From: Octopus vulgaris | Lineage: Eukaryota | DNA: 64,000 bases | Direction of reading: 5' to 3' | Assembly (NCBI GenBank): GCA_951406725.2 | Contig: OX597817.1 | Coordinates: 5,022,001 to 5,086,000, forward strand | Shown here: in pieces, positions 27,305 to 40,737 of the stretch | How the letters are laid out: the number at the start of each line of letters is the position of its first letter | Numbering within the stretch: the stretch's first letter is position 1 | Translations under genes and position numbers: made by a program | Notes under the pieces: generated by a model | What the model was told of the DNA's origin: nothing | What the model saw: the letters and a program-made list of their open reading frames with translations, nothing else | Databases searched by the model: none

Positions 27305-27512
27305 TTTCTATAGGCACAAGGCCTAAAATTTTAGGGAGTGGGGTTTGTCGATTACATCGACTGCGGTACTCAGCTGGTACTTATTTTATCGAATCCGAAA
27401 GTATGAAAGGTGAAATCAACCTCGACGAAAATTGAATTCAGAACGTGAAGACGCACAAAAACCGCTACGTATTTCGCCCTGCGTGCTAACGATTCTGGCA
27501 ACACATTGCCTT
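27305..27512 (-). mobile_element. SINE B, diverged
   Basis: ctggtacttattttatcga...atgaaagg...aacctcg.cg.aattgaa.tcagaacg. Confidence 0.8.
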
Positions 27513-28184
27513 GATTACTACTGATAAAATTATATTATAAGGAGAGAGAAATTCCGTTTCAACACAGGAGTTCACATGAAGAATTATGCAGTAAAATCTA
27601 AAAGCAAACCGAGCAGGTAGTTCTATTGCTACTTCACGAAATCGTATTGTTCTATGAGGTCAAAATAATATATCTGAGATGCTTGACTCTAAAACTGGTG
27701 GGGATATTTCATAACATAGAAATTATGTTTACTACGATAAGTAACGACAGTACAAAATCGCTCCTTGTCCACACAGAAAACAAGAGATAAAAATATATAA
27801 AGGGAATGTAATTGAGGAAAATGTTCACAGAAATATAATCAGACGAAGTTTGCATTTCAATAATGAAAAATTTTCGCAATGAAATTTTCATGAATATATT
27901 GGCACCGAATACAACTTTCAAACGCAGAATATACGAAATTGTGGCTAGTTCTATAGATTAACTATTGATGAACCGAATCCCAGATGTTCTGTTGTAAAGA
28001 CTTAATTTCATTTACATCTCTTACTTCGTTATTTATTTACAAGATCGGATATAAATATTGATGAAATAACCCCCCATAACTTCCTCTCTTCGTTTCTCTC
28101 TCCTACTCTCGACCTCTCGCTGCTTATGTTTGTGTGAGTGTGTGTTTCTGTGTGTGTGTGTGTGTGTATTTATGCATCTATATC

Positions 28185-28224
<40 letters not shown>

Positions 28225-28225
28225 T

Positions 28226-28681
28226 AAATTATTACTTAGAAAGAGACATATTTCAAGGTAGATAATACTCCTCATCAAAGCCATAATGCATCTACACGCA
28301 GAGGGTATATACAAGCCATTATAAATATGCGAACATATAATATATACAAACATATATATACATATTATAGTGTAATTCTGAGCCCAAATCAAAGAGAGAT
28401 GATTTGTGTGTATGTATTTAACACAATTCTTCATCCGACTTTGACTTGGGCACGGAATTACACTATAATATGCATGTACATGTTTTTATAAGTTATATTT
28501 TCGCTTATTTATAAGGGCTTATATATACCCTCTGTGTTTAGATACATGTTGGCTTTGATGAAGAGTATTATCTCCCTTCAAATTTATCTCTTTCTAATTA
28601 ATATTTTAATCTAATCGCTCAATAAATAGAGCCCAACGGTGTTGCTTCTTGAAAAGAGTTCATCTCTTTGATTTTTCATTA

Positions 28682-28683
<2 letters not shown>
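28226..28683. mobile_element. (TA)n-bounded foldback element with ~177-bp inverted arms and ~77-nt tail
   Basis: Arms 28226-28402 and 28431-28606; AATAAA at 28621. Confidence 0.85.
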
Positions 28684-28742
<59 letters not shown>

Positions 28743-28744
<2 letters not shown>

Positions 28745-28958
28745 TACATACCTCATTCAGGGATAGCAACATCCTATGAAAGTACAGGGTTAGTTACCTA
28801 TACAAAGAAAAGAATGTTGAGCATTACAGTTAATACTCAACTGCAAGGTAACTATATAAACCGTGGTTTATATATATTTATTTATTATAAAAAGATTAGA
28901 AAATAGGCAGGTAATTAATAACTAATAATTTATTAATTACCTCTCTATTTCCTCATTC

Positions 28959-28962
<4 letters not shown>
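28743..28962 (-). mobile_element. pLTR-like fragment with short inverted arm
   Basis: aataggcaggtaattaataa/ttattaattacctctctatt hairpin; the same ttattaattacc..cctatt motif follows the HHR at 55072-55147. Confidence 0.55.
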
Positions 28963-29004
<42 letters not shown>

Positions 29005-30792
29005 GTACAATGGCCCAATAGTATAGAAGTCGTAGACTGGTTTAAAGCTATTAAGAATAAGAAAAAAACGAGGTTTACACAATTCGATATTGTTGATTTT
29101 TATGCCTCTATCTCTAAGGAACTGCTAGATAAAGCCCTCATCTTCGCTAGTGACTTCATAGAAATTAGTACCAATGATAAGGAAATAATCTTCCATGCTA
29201 GAAAAACCTTACTTTTCAGTGAGGACGCAAAGTGGGTAAAAAACACCGACACAGAGGGCGCTTTCGATGTGAGCATGGGTTCATATGATGGGGCAGGCAT
29301 CTGTGATCTAATTGGACTTTTTCTCCTAGATACCTTAGGTAAGACATTCCCTAACGTACATTTCGCCATCTATAAAGATGATGCACTCGCCTTAACAGCT
29401 AATCCAAATGGACCAGCACAAGATCGTTTTAGGAAGGATATTATCCAGTTAATGAAACACTTCGGACTTAGTATAACTATAGATACTAACCTGACGGTTG
29501 TCAATTTCTTAGACGTTTCCTTAGATCTTAATAAGAATATTTATAAGCCTTATAGGAAGCCCAATGATAGACTAAGTTATATTAATGTAGGTTCATGCCA
29601 TCCCCCTATAGTATTCAAAAATTTAGTTTAAAATATTAGTAAGAGGATTTCTAGCCTCTCATCTGATGAGGACATCTTCAATAGCGTTGCCCCAGTTTAT
29701 AATAAGGCTTTAAAAGATAGTGGTTTTAGCGATAAAACAAAATATACACCTATCACTAGCCCAACAGTAAGGAAAAGGAATAATAGAAATAGGAAGGTCA
29801 TCTGGTGGCCTTCAATATAGGTAAATATTTCCTAGCATTGATAGATAGACATTTTCCAGTTAACCATACTTATAGGAAACTCTTCAATAGACACACTTTA
29901 AAAATTAGTTTTAGTTCAACTACCAATTTTAGAAACATAATCAAACATAACATACAAAAAACACAAGAAGAAAACAGCTGTTCATGCAGGAATAAAGAAT
30001 TGTGCCCGCTAAATGGAGCTTGCATGTCCAAGACCATCATATATGAAGCTACCGTAAACTCTATAACCACTAAAGACACCGTTTCGACGAAGAAATACGT
30101 GGGCCTTACAGAGGGTAATTTCAAGGCCAGGTTCAATAACCACACTTTGAGCTTTAGGCACTGGAACAAAAGAAAAGCGACACAATTGTCTAATCATATT
30201 TGGTCTTTAAGAGATAAAGGTGTCGATTATAACATACAATGGAAGATTTTGGCCAGATGTAAGCCCTATACTAACGGCAGCGGAAGGTGCGGTCTATGCG
30301 ACATGGAGAGATGGCTTATCTGGAAAAGCAGCTTAGACCCTACTACATGTCTAAATACAAGGACAGAGCTTTTCGGATCATGCCCACATGTGACTAAATT
30401 TCTGTTACGTTTTTGGTCCCCTAAAGAAAACATATAGAACATGCTTTCTATGTTATGTCCCAAGAAGAATTTATATATTTTCATATATTTTTTATATATT
30501 TTTTATAAATTTTTATATAATTTTTATGACGAAAAATGCAGGCGATGTATAAGTACGCAGGCAAGCAGAGTTATAACAGAGTAATTTCCCTTTATTTAAC
30601 GGTATTTTTTCATAACGTTTTCAAATAGCCAGATAACCGAAGAGATGGTGTTGTGGATTTCCACTTCGGCATCTGAAACTCAGAGTTTTAACTTGACTAC
30701 CGAGTAATGTAACATATTGTATAGATAAATTTCCTCTATTTACATAATATTGAGGTCTCTTTCTTTCTTTTGTTATCTTACCGTTTTATCAA
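29005..30792 (+). mobile_element. 5'-truncated Penelope-like retroelement, Naiad-type (RT + C-terminal GIY-YIG endonuclease + 3' pLTR)
   Basis: QFDIVDFYASI, MGSYDGAGICDLIGLFLL, IYKDDAL, NFLDVSLDL, HPP; CSCR....CPLNGAC, IIYEA...YVGLTEGNFKARFNNH, CGLCDME, LNTRTELFGSCPH. In-frame TAA at 29629, deletion/frameshift near 29805, stop at 30437; (TA)n on both sides. Confidence 0.93.
30626..30699 (+). ncRNA. Hammerhead motif in the Naiad pLTR (U4C substitution)
   Basis: tagccagataa-CCGAAGA-gatg..gtgga tt tccac..catc t-GAAA-c tcaga g-TT-ttaacttgacta. Confidence 0.7.
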
Positions 30793-30820
30793 TATATATA
30801 TATATATATATACATATATA

Positions 30821-31165
30821 TCTTTCACCTGTTTCAGTTATTTTAACTGCGGGAATTTGAAGGATTCTTAGTCGAACGAATTGACTCCACCACATCTTGT
30901 TTAAAACTCGGTAATTATCCTAACTGTGTACTTCGTCGAATCGTAAAGATGAGGGAACGTAAACACACCAACACCGGTTGTCGAACGGTGATGCGTTACA
31001 AATATAGCCACAAAAATAGCCACACATAGGCACACATATGTAAATATCTACATATGTGTGTGTATGATGTGCTTATTTCAGGTTCCGTCTACTAAATCCA
31101 TCCACGAAGCTTCTGTTGGCCCCAGTCTGAAGCAGATGACACTCCTCCAAGTTGCCACGCAGTGG
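30821..31165 (-). mobile_element. SINE A, diverged
   Basis: tgtttcagt...gtaaacacaccaacaccggttgtc...ttccgtctactaaatcca...gccacgcagtgg. Confidence 0.8.
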
Positions 31166-32999
31166 TTTTAAGCCCCATATTAAATCGACAATCCACTACC
31201 GAGCCTAAAATCATCAAACGGCCTGTAATTGATGAACTTGCAGGAGACCCTTCATTAGAAGATGATTCTTGTCTGTGTACGATACAACAAAAAATGCGAA
31301 AGGAATCTAGAAGTCATAATGATGGGATGTTGCCTCATATATTTCCTCTGTTGGGGGGGGGTTATCCTCTGAGATACATTCGGCTATCTTTGTGACAAAC
31401 ACGCTCAGAGCTTTACATTTGGTATGGTCAACAATTTTATGTTCCTTGCCCTTTATAATTGTAGATCACGTAATGTAGCTACGTAAATCTCACTTTGATG
31501 TAGTTGTTTGAAAACCATTCTTATGGTCATCGAAAAGAAGAAAGAGAGAGTGAGAAACTCAAGGTGGTGGTGAACCTGATTGTTCCGAAACCCGGTAGCA
31601 GATGTATTAATTTGCATCTTGCTTCTTATAATCGTGAAACTGACAAAGCTTAAGCCTACCGCTGCGCTTTCTCTGACACCGGAACTAACCATATATAACA
31701 TATTAGCATCATTTGATAAACATTAAATTAGATAAACTCTCTTTAGCAATCAATAGAATTATTAATGTGTTAATGGATAATTCTAGTCGCAAATGTTCCC
31801 CAAATCCATTGAATATTTATTCTTGAGTGTGATCGTCGAAATAATATCGAATTAAGATAAAACAAGACATTAGTTTCGCTTGCATCGACAACCTAAATGT
31901 TATTAGTAATATATTTAGATGCCAATTTAGTTATGATAGGAATGTATTATAAACTTTATTTCTGTTTTCAATAAAACACATATAAAATGACAATTTATTA
32001 AGGCATTAATAACAATCTACCGCATTTTAACGGTTACATGATACCACTTCGATATCGTGAGAAACTATACTATTGATGGAACATATTCAACGATGATCCG
32101 ACAATTCATTTATACCAGTAAACTAGACTAGATTTCTAGAAAATGCGCAATTCAAATAAAATAAAAGAAAATATTACATTATGTTACAAACTGAAGAAAT
32201 AACCTAATATTGACTTTGTCTTCTAGAAAATATTATAGGTACCATAATATACATTACGCTACCTGACACATTTTCGCGACGTTGCATTGTACTGTTAGTA
32301 ACATAACGCTATAATTTGAGCCAATCATGTCACAGTCTTTTCAATCTTCTTTTGGAATCTCTTCAATTATACTGTCAATGAAATGAGTCAAAAACGCTTG
32401 AATGTTAGAATGTTAGAAGGTTAATACTCAGTAATAAATAACATATTTCTGTCCAAAATAGGACTATTACATGAACTGAGACAAAATCTCCAGTCTGAAA
32501 ATACTTTTGTTTCTTTCTTTCTGACACAGAAATATTAAAAGAAGTGTCATCGACACATTCTTTTTCCGTTAAGAAAGCGTCACACTATAGATTTTATAAT
32601 GTGGCAAAAGTCTAGATTATTGGATATTGTACAGTTGAAATTTACTTGTAAATCTTTACTGGTCTTAGAACATAAAGTGTACGATTACTTCTCAATTATA
32701 AAAAAAAAATGTGCAAGATATTTAGAGAAAGGTATATACAATTATTTTCCCTTTGTATATTCTTATGTACAATGATTTAGTGTGAAATATAATCTTTGTA
32801 TACTATAATGAAATCTTAGTTGAAGAATTTAACTGGCAACAGAAAGACGTCAGGCCAAAGTTAAGAAGTGCTTAGACATTACAACTTTTGGGAAATTGGG
32901 ACAATTAATTTAATCAACCACTAAAAGTCCGAAAACATGGCATACTAATTTAGGTAGGTAAATAAATCATTTTTCAAGTTTTAGCAGAAGGCTAGCAGA

Positions 33000-33185
33000 T
33001 TTATGTGAGGAGATAAGGTGATTATACCGATTCCAGTGCTCGATTGCTATTTATTTTTTCGACCTCGATATGATGAAAGGCAAAGTCAACCTCGGCAGAA
33101 TTATGAACTAAGAAATTTAAAGAGCCGGAAGAAATTACATTAAGCATCTTGGCCGACGAACAGGCAACCATACTAGCTCACCGCT
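33000..33185 (-). mobile_element. SINE B, diverged
   Basis: tcgacctcga..tgatgaaaggcaaagtcaacctcggcagaatt...agctcaccgc. Confidence 0.7.
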
Positions 33186-33466
33186 GCTCAGGTATCTAAT
33201 GTGCGCTTCACCTTTCGAATTCCACACTATTTACATATATGCAACAAGAATGTGTTTACCTTGAAATATGTAATATTCTTGGTCCTTCTCTCTCTCTCTC
33301 TCCCTTTCACTCATTCAGAATTTCCATGACTTTATAACACGTTTGTCTGTTTTCCCCACCCGATTCTCCCTCTTTCCACTTCTTTCTTTCAATTTATATT
33401 ACATACTCTGTAACTCTTTCTAATTCTTTCGCCATCTCTCTTCTCACTCTTTCTCTCACTGTCTCA

Positions 33467-33523
<57 letters not shown>

Positions 33524-33882
33524 ACTTTTTCTCCCTGTATCAGACAGTAGAGCGCTATTCTTTATTGCTTGTCTCTTAATCCATTCATCATTATTTGAGT
33601 AGCAGATAGAAATATTAATAGACACATTAGTAAATCGTTGTGTGGAGACAACGATACAGACACACACAGATGGAACAGCACAAATATGCGTGGCAGTGTG
33701 TATGTACGTATAAGTGGCGGCTCGTGCCAAAAGAGGATGCGGTGAAACACAATCTGCACCGCGTTTCATTTACTTAGACTCGTTTCTTTTCTCCAAGATA
33801 AGTGGAAATGTTAGAAAATTATACGTATGCGTGTGTGCGTGTATATATATATATATATATACATATGTATATATATATATAA

Positions 33883-33919
<37 letters not shown>

Positions 33920-34318
33920 TATGTATATATATATATAAATATATATATATATATGTATATATATATGTATGTATATGTATATACATACATACATACATAA
34001 AATACATACATACATAAATACATACACACACATATATATGTATGTGTATATATTTGTGTATGTGTGAGTTTGTGGGTATCCATGTGTCGAGGGGACGGCC
34101 AGATGTGACACTTCCTTTCAATGAATGCTTTTTAAAACTAGATTTGCCTCTTCCCCCACTTCCTACTTTTAGATCATGGAAACATAGGTTTAGTTGCATT
34201 TTCTAGTGATTTACAAAGATATAGCTTGAAGGAATATACATAAAAAGTTAGAACTCATAAGTCCGTTTGTGCACAAGTGTAAATACACACACTGGCATAC
34301 ATATATACATATATACAT

Positions 34319-34364
<46 letters not shown>

Positions 34365-34368
<4 letters not shown>

Positions 34369-35165
34369 TAAACTATGGTCGCAGAACAAACAAATATAAG
34401 GTCATCCACGTAACATTTCATATCTCGAACATGTAATAACACAATGCTTTTTCTTTCACATAGAATATAGATGCATAAAATCACGGAAGATGAAACACAA
34501 CTCATCAATACAAGCATATAAGAAAAATATAAGAAAAATGTGTGAATACAGTCCATCGCGGTTAAAAGTTAATGATTAATACTTTAGCGACTAAAAACTA
34601 TATATTTTTTAACATTACAACATCTAGAATAATAAATACATAAAAATATAAATATAAATAAATGTATAAATATATAGAAATATAAAAAGATATAAATATA
34701 TATCTATATAGGAAACATATAAATAAATAATATATAAGGTAAGATAAAAGTTCATCGTTTAGAAATTTTTTCGATTAAAATTTACTTTTCAAGATAAAAG
34801 CCAGTGTCCAAGCGAAAAAGAAGAAACCATATTTACATTCCCTATGGCCAGTTCAGGGGTTGATCACCGTATTTAATGCACGAGGGTGCATCACGATAAT
34901 TACTCCTTCTTCAGGGGAAAAAATAAAGAAACACACATCACGTACCGGGGCGAGACTTCCTTCCGTTATTTTATGCATCTATATTCTATGTGAAAGAAAA
35001 AGCATTATGTGACTAAATGTTCAAGATATGAAATGTTACGTGGATGACCTTGGATTTGTTTGTTCTGCAACCATAGTTTAATATATTTGTCTCATTTAAT
35101 TGAGCACTTCTATAGCAGTCCTATTAAACATTTTGCTCCTGATAAGAAACAATAACTTTATTATT

Positions 35166-35168
<3 letters not shown>
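34365..35168. mobile_element. (TA)n-bounded foldback element: 125-bp inverted arms, HHR in the spacer, 84-nt tail
   Basis: Arms 34365-34489 and 34960-35084 (9 mismatches by eye). Confidence 0.88.
34838..34919 (-). ncRNA. Type I hammerhead motif with extended stem II (GAAA appears as GAAC)
   Basis: Minus strand: ttccc-CTGAAGA-agg..ttatcgt g atgcac cctc gtgcat..acggtga..cct-GAAC-TGGCCA-TA-gggaa. Confidence 0.75.
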
Positions 35169-35213
<45 letters not shown>

Positions 35214-35216
<3 letters not shown>

Positions 35217-35705
35217 TAAATCCTCGAGTATAATCCGCATTTTTTCCCAAAATTTAAAGGTCAAAATCCCTAGTGCGTACTATATACGAGGTTAAAAATG
35301 AAAAATATTTTCTAAGCAATGTCCGAGTCTCTATTTGCTGTCCGGCAATGTTTATTCAAACGCATTTTGTGATGACGGACTCGAAAATACCTTAAGCTAA
35401 GCCTGAAAGCAATGAAGTCATAAAACAATCACAGTAAGCAACATTTATTAACATAAAAGTATTTATTCAGAACACAGAATAACATGAAACAAAAACAATT
35501 TGCAAACATATTTACATCCCCATATAACATTACTATTATTGTTTTACGCATGCGCGGGACTGTTTGTTCGACTAGGTGCTGCTGGCTTAATTACGCACGA
35601 CTCAAGTTACAGATGGGGTGCGTATTATACACAAGGTTTAGGCTTTTCAGACGTACAACCTCCTAAAAATCCCCTTATGGGCGGACTATACTCGAGGATT
35701 TACAG
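35214..35705. mobile_element. Tigger/pogo-like MITE with TA target
   Basis: TIRs cgtaaatcctcgagtataatccgc and gcggactatactcgaggatttaca; TA on both flanks; subterminal gtgcgtaYtataYacRagg repeats. Confidence 0.85.
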
Positions 35706-35712
35706 TATATAT

Positions 35713-35766
<54 letters not shown>

Positions 35767-36183
35767 GAGAGAGAGAGTTGGGGTACAAACAAAGCACCAA
35801 TATTTACTAGAAATAGCAGTCGATACGTTTACGACACTATAGTAAAGCTTTAATGTGTATATATACTGGCAAAGGCGTGTGAAGGCAGCAAACATAAGAA
35901 AATTTGTCTTACTTCTAGGAAGGACATTGTATAAATGGACAACCCAGAATCGGATAATCCAGTACCTAGGATTCGGACACTTCAAATAAGTTGGCCATCT
36001 TAAATCTGATTAGTCTTCATCAGCTGGATGATATATGTATATGCATCTTGCTTACCAGGCCAAATGGTTCCGGGTTCAGTCCCGCAGCGTGGCACCTTGG
36101 GCTAGTGTCTTCTACTATAGACTCGGGCCGACCAAGAATATATCTTCATAAAAGAATATATCTTCATAATGTACATACTTATA

Positions 36184-36423
36184 CTATTTTACTTTTTTAC
36201 TTGTTTCAGTAATTTGACTGTAGCCATGCTGGAGCACCGCCATTAGTCGAGTAAATCGGTCCCATGACTTATTCTTTGTGAGCCTAGTACTTAGTCAATC
36301 GGTTTCTATTGCGTTCGCTAAGTTACAGGGATGTAAACACACCAGCATTGGTTGTCAAGCGATGTTGGGGGGACAAACACAGACACACAAACATATACAC
36401 AAACATACACACACAAACACACA

Positions 36424-36506
<83 letters not shown>

Positions 36507-36679
36507 ATATATATACGATGGGCTTCTTTCAGTTTCTGTCTACCATATCCACTCACAAGGGTTTGGTCAGCACAAGGCTATAGTAGAAGACACATGCTCA
36601 AATTGCCACGTAGTGGGACTGAACCCGGAACCATGTGGTTCGTAAGCAAGCTACTTACCACACAGCCACTCCTAAGCCT
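36184..36679 (-). mobile_element. SINE A, full length (a + strand 5' fragment lies at 36045-36135)
   Basis: Reverse complement of 8036-8441 with a longer internal microsatellite. Confidence 0.92.
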
Positions 36680-37101
36680 GCTCCTAATTATATATATATA
36701 TATGAGTGTGTGTATATATATGTGTATATATACATCTATATATATATATATATATATATGCGTGCGTGTGTGTATATATATGTACATACATATATATGTA
36801 TATACATATATCTAAATGGAGAGAGAAAGAAAGAGAGGTTCGCCATAAAAGTTTACTGGGCAGGTTTACGATGCACTAGAAGAATGTGAGTAATTGTAAT
36901 TTCTGGCATATCTATATATCATCTGCAACACGAGAAGCTTGTTTAATTAAATTTAACAAGTGTCGCTTCGTCAAATACCCTTCCTGCACACATCTCCACA
37001 TACTCCTGCAAATGTATGTATGTATGTATGTATGTATGTATGTATGTATACATGCATGCATGCATACACGTATGTATGTATGTATATATGTATGTATGTA
37101 A

Positions 37102-37332
37102 GGGCGGCGAGCTGGCAGAAACGTTAGCTCGCTGGGCGAAATGCGTAGCTGTATTTCGTCTGTCGTTACGTTCTGAGTTCAAATTCCGCCAAGGTCAACT
37201 TTGCCTTTCATCATTTCGGTGTCGATAAATTAAGTACCAGTTACGCACTGGGGTCGATGTAATCGACTTAATCCGTTTGTCTGTCCTTGTTTGTCCCCTC
37301 TGTGTTTAGCCCCTTGTGGGTAGTAAAGAAAT
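37102..37332 (+). mobile_element. SINE B, full length
   Basis: Near-identical to 48039-48267 and 51553-51782. Confidence 0.93.
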
Positions 37333-38141
37333 ATATATATGTATGTATGTATGTATGTATAAACACTCAGATTGCTGTCTGAGGGAACAGTAAAGCCTAT
37401 TGGGAATGAAAAACACCTGAGCAGGATATCTTCCAATTTGCTCGTACCTGTACTACTTGCTAATGCTAATGAGTCATCGTGATGTTGTGCATACCGCACT
37501 TGCCTTTAAGCACTTATATTGGCGTTGCTGACGCTTAATGCTTTCTGGCCATGGTCATGCTCGTCTAACGCGTGGACAGTCATCATATACACATATGTTT
37601 GTTTTTTATTGTGTACGTGTGTGTATATATGTATGCATATATATGTATGTATATCATACTCATCAAATATATAAATGCATGCACAAAACATATTATACAC
37701 TCAGTGAGAAAAGTACGTATGTTAATATATCATATATCATACCGCACATTAAACCACATACCTTCCTCATAATGCATTATTTTTTAATTATCTCACCTAA
37801 GCAGTCAATTTTAGTAAAGATCATGTTATTATCATTATTAGACGCTGTGTCACATTATCTCTTCTACCATTTTTGTGTTGGATTGTTTTTTTTTTACTTC
37901 ATTGCATTATCTTGTTCCTATCATGTAACAACTGACTGCCATTACCTCATGATCTATCATCTTCACATTTACTGGTTGACTTACCTTCCTGGTAGTTCAG
38001 CTGTATAATTAAAGCCACCTGGAAGTAATGGTATTACAGGAATTCTAAACATCACCCGGTTAATTATGTTGCTGCTCCGGAATCTTGCCCTGAGTCACAG
38101 TACCATTCAAACATATATTTGGTATTATTATATCTAATAAT

Positions 38142-38526
38142 GTGGAGGCGCAATGGCCTAGTGGTTAGGGCAGCGGATTCGCGGTCGCAGGATCGCGGTT
38201 TCGATTCCCAGACCGGGCGTTGTGTGTGTTTATTGAGCAAAAACACCTAAAGCTCCACGAGGCTCCGGCAGGGGATGGTGGTGATCTCTGCTTTCACCAC
38301 AACTTTCTCTCACTTTTTCTTCCTGTTTCTGTTGTACCTGTATTTCAAAGGGCCGGCCTTGTCACTCTCTGTGTCACGCTGAATATCCCCGAGAACTACG
38401 TTAAGGGTACACGTGTCTATGGAGTGCTCAGCCACTTACACGTTAATTTAACGAGCAGGCTGTTCCGTTGATTCGGATCAACCGGAACCCTCGTCGTCGT
38501 AACCGACGGAATGCTTCCATCCATCC
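38142..38526 (+). mobile_element. SINE D
   Basis: TSD atctaataat at 38132-38141 and 38527-38536; (TCCA)n tail. Confidence 0.93.
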
Positions 38527-39515
38527 ATCTAATAATAATATTGATGGATTTTAAAGTATTCGATCACACACAGAGAGAGTAAAGAAATTGGTTCAAATGG
38601 TTCCAATTCTTAACAGAACATTTATAATGTGCACCCATGTAGGAGAAAATGCTAAATTAAGTGGGGCAAGTTTTGAATTCAGAATCGGGAGAGACATAAT
38701 TATGTACCCTAACACTGTTCGTGCGCTACTTTAATTATTCTTCTAACAACAATTCTAAAAGTAACATCAACAGCAATAAAAGCAGCAGCAAATAAAATCA
38801 ATAAAAATATTAATAAAAAAAACAAACGCAGCGACAAGAATCCAACTACACCGAAAAATTGGATTAGTTAAGGACAAAAGAAAAGAAAATGTTTAAATTC
38901 GTTTTTAAGAATTAAAATAGGAGAATGCAAGCCAAAGCTATCTGCAACAATCAACGCCCAGGAATTAAAACAACGTGAAATACATCAATAACTCAAAAGT
39001 TTTAGACTAAAATCCACTACTAATGTCTGATTCATCAGTTTATGACCAATGTCTAACCGCAATAAATTTTAGAAATACCATTTTGTTGGTTCCCCTTTCT
39101 CCCTTAACCTATAAATGCCCATGGGTAGAATATTCCTTAAATTAATAAATAAGCATTTCACTAGATCCTATAGTTACGGGTCCATTTTCAACAGGCACAA
39201 CGTTAGAGTCTCATTTAGCTGTTCCCTCAATATTAAGACCATCATGGTTGCAGTCTAATTACTGAAACAAATAAAGGAATACAATAATAAAAGAATACAT
39301 ACACACACATGCATTCATATACATGTCTTATCTCATGGTGCGATATGAACATTTAAGGTGTTTTTTAGAGTCAGGGATTTGACTGCTATTTCGGCATGGT
39401 GGTGTCTCTCAGACACCCTTATTTTTAGTTGTAAAAAAAATTATTACCTTTGTATGGTATTTATTCCCATGCTGGCCACTTGATAATATCGATATTATCC
39501 TTATTTATAAATTTA

Positions 39516-39564
<49 letters not shown>

Positions 39565-40663
39565 GTGTATGTATGTATTTATGTGTGGAAAGTATATGTA
39601 TCTGTACATAAGTGTGCTTGCTTGTATGTATGTGTGTTTGTGAAAAGTCATTTTTTATAGGTTCGAGTGCATTCGGACGTGAGGCGACCGTAGCTGCGTT
39701 TGTAGACACGGGATTCCCAGGGTAAGAGCTTCTTCTTAGAAAGGTGCCTGAAAACAAATCTTGGGTTTTGAATGACATCACTTGCTCGTAAGACGCATAC
39801 GTTTCTGCATCGTTTCTTTTCGCCAAGTCGATCATTCACAGCCCTATGTGAACGAAATTTTTTCTCGTTATAATATCACAGGTTACGTTTGCCGTTGTGT
39901 GTAAAGCTTGGTCACGCCAGGATTAAATATATAATGTTGTAAGTAAGAGTATTAAAAAATATATATTCATATAGAATCATATTTATCACATTCAGTGCAT
40001 TTGCACATAGGTTTCAATTGGATCTAAGTTTGAATTACTTTCGAAAGGCGAGCATTGATTGATATACTCTGGTTTGAAACTGTTTAAAGGATCCACTTAC
40101 CCAGGACGAAAAAAATTAAACGAATTACGTTTCAGTGTTGGTAAAGTGATGGGTTATTTCATTCCAGGGGAACATATTCCGGACAAATTGGATATTGGTT
40201 GGGCTAAAATATATTCAACAGTTCAGAAGTAATCTTGTTAAATATCAATTACTAACAGAAAGATTTTTTTTGCCTTTCGTGAACCAATGACAACATAGAC
40301 AGTGTAATAGATAGCAGAAATAGCATAACATTTCTTAATCATTAGTGTTTTACGAATGGATGTTAAGACTAATAACTTTGAGAATATTGCACATTTACGG
40401 AAGAGTTTATTTTTAATTTTTTGAAAAACTAAACGCATTAGTATTGATTTCAATGATACTGATGTATTTACAACTTATGAAGAAGCGCCGCCCCGTGTAG
40501 CTGACAGATTGTTTCACTGTCTATACTTTAATACCTTTGTCTTATTCACCTCTTTTGCTCTCATCTCCCAAATTGTCATTCCTACTCCACTCAACATCAA
40601 ACATTATAGAATCTTGTTTTGCATTTGATTTTCTCAGTAGCAACAACTTATGAGCAACATTAG

Positions 40664-40737
40664 CAACGTAGATTTAAACGGTCTCATACGAACTGCGCTA
40701 ACAACGTAGATTTAAACGGTCTCATACGAACTGCGCT
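40664..40737. repeat. Tandem duplication, 2 x ~38 bp
   Basis: caacgtagatttaaacggtctcatacgaactgcgcta occurs twice. Confidence 0.93.

Noticed and set aside
29005-30437. Selenoprotein-type Naiad (in-frame UGA plus SECIS)
   Set aside because: The only internal stop seen is TAA at a non-Cys position, and the conserved Cys codons are TGT/TGC.
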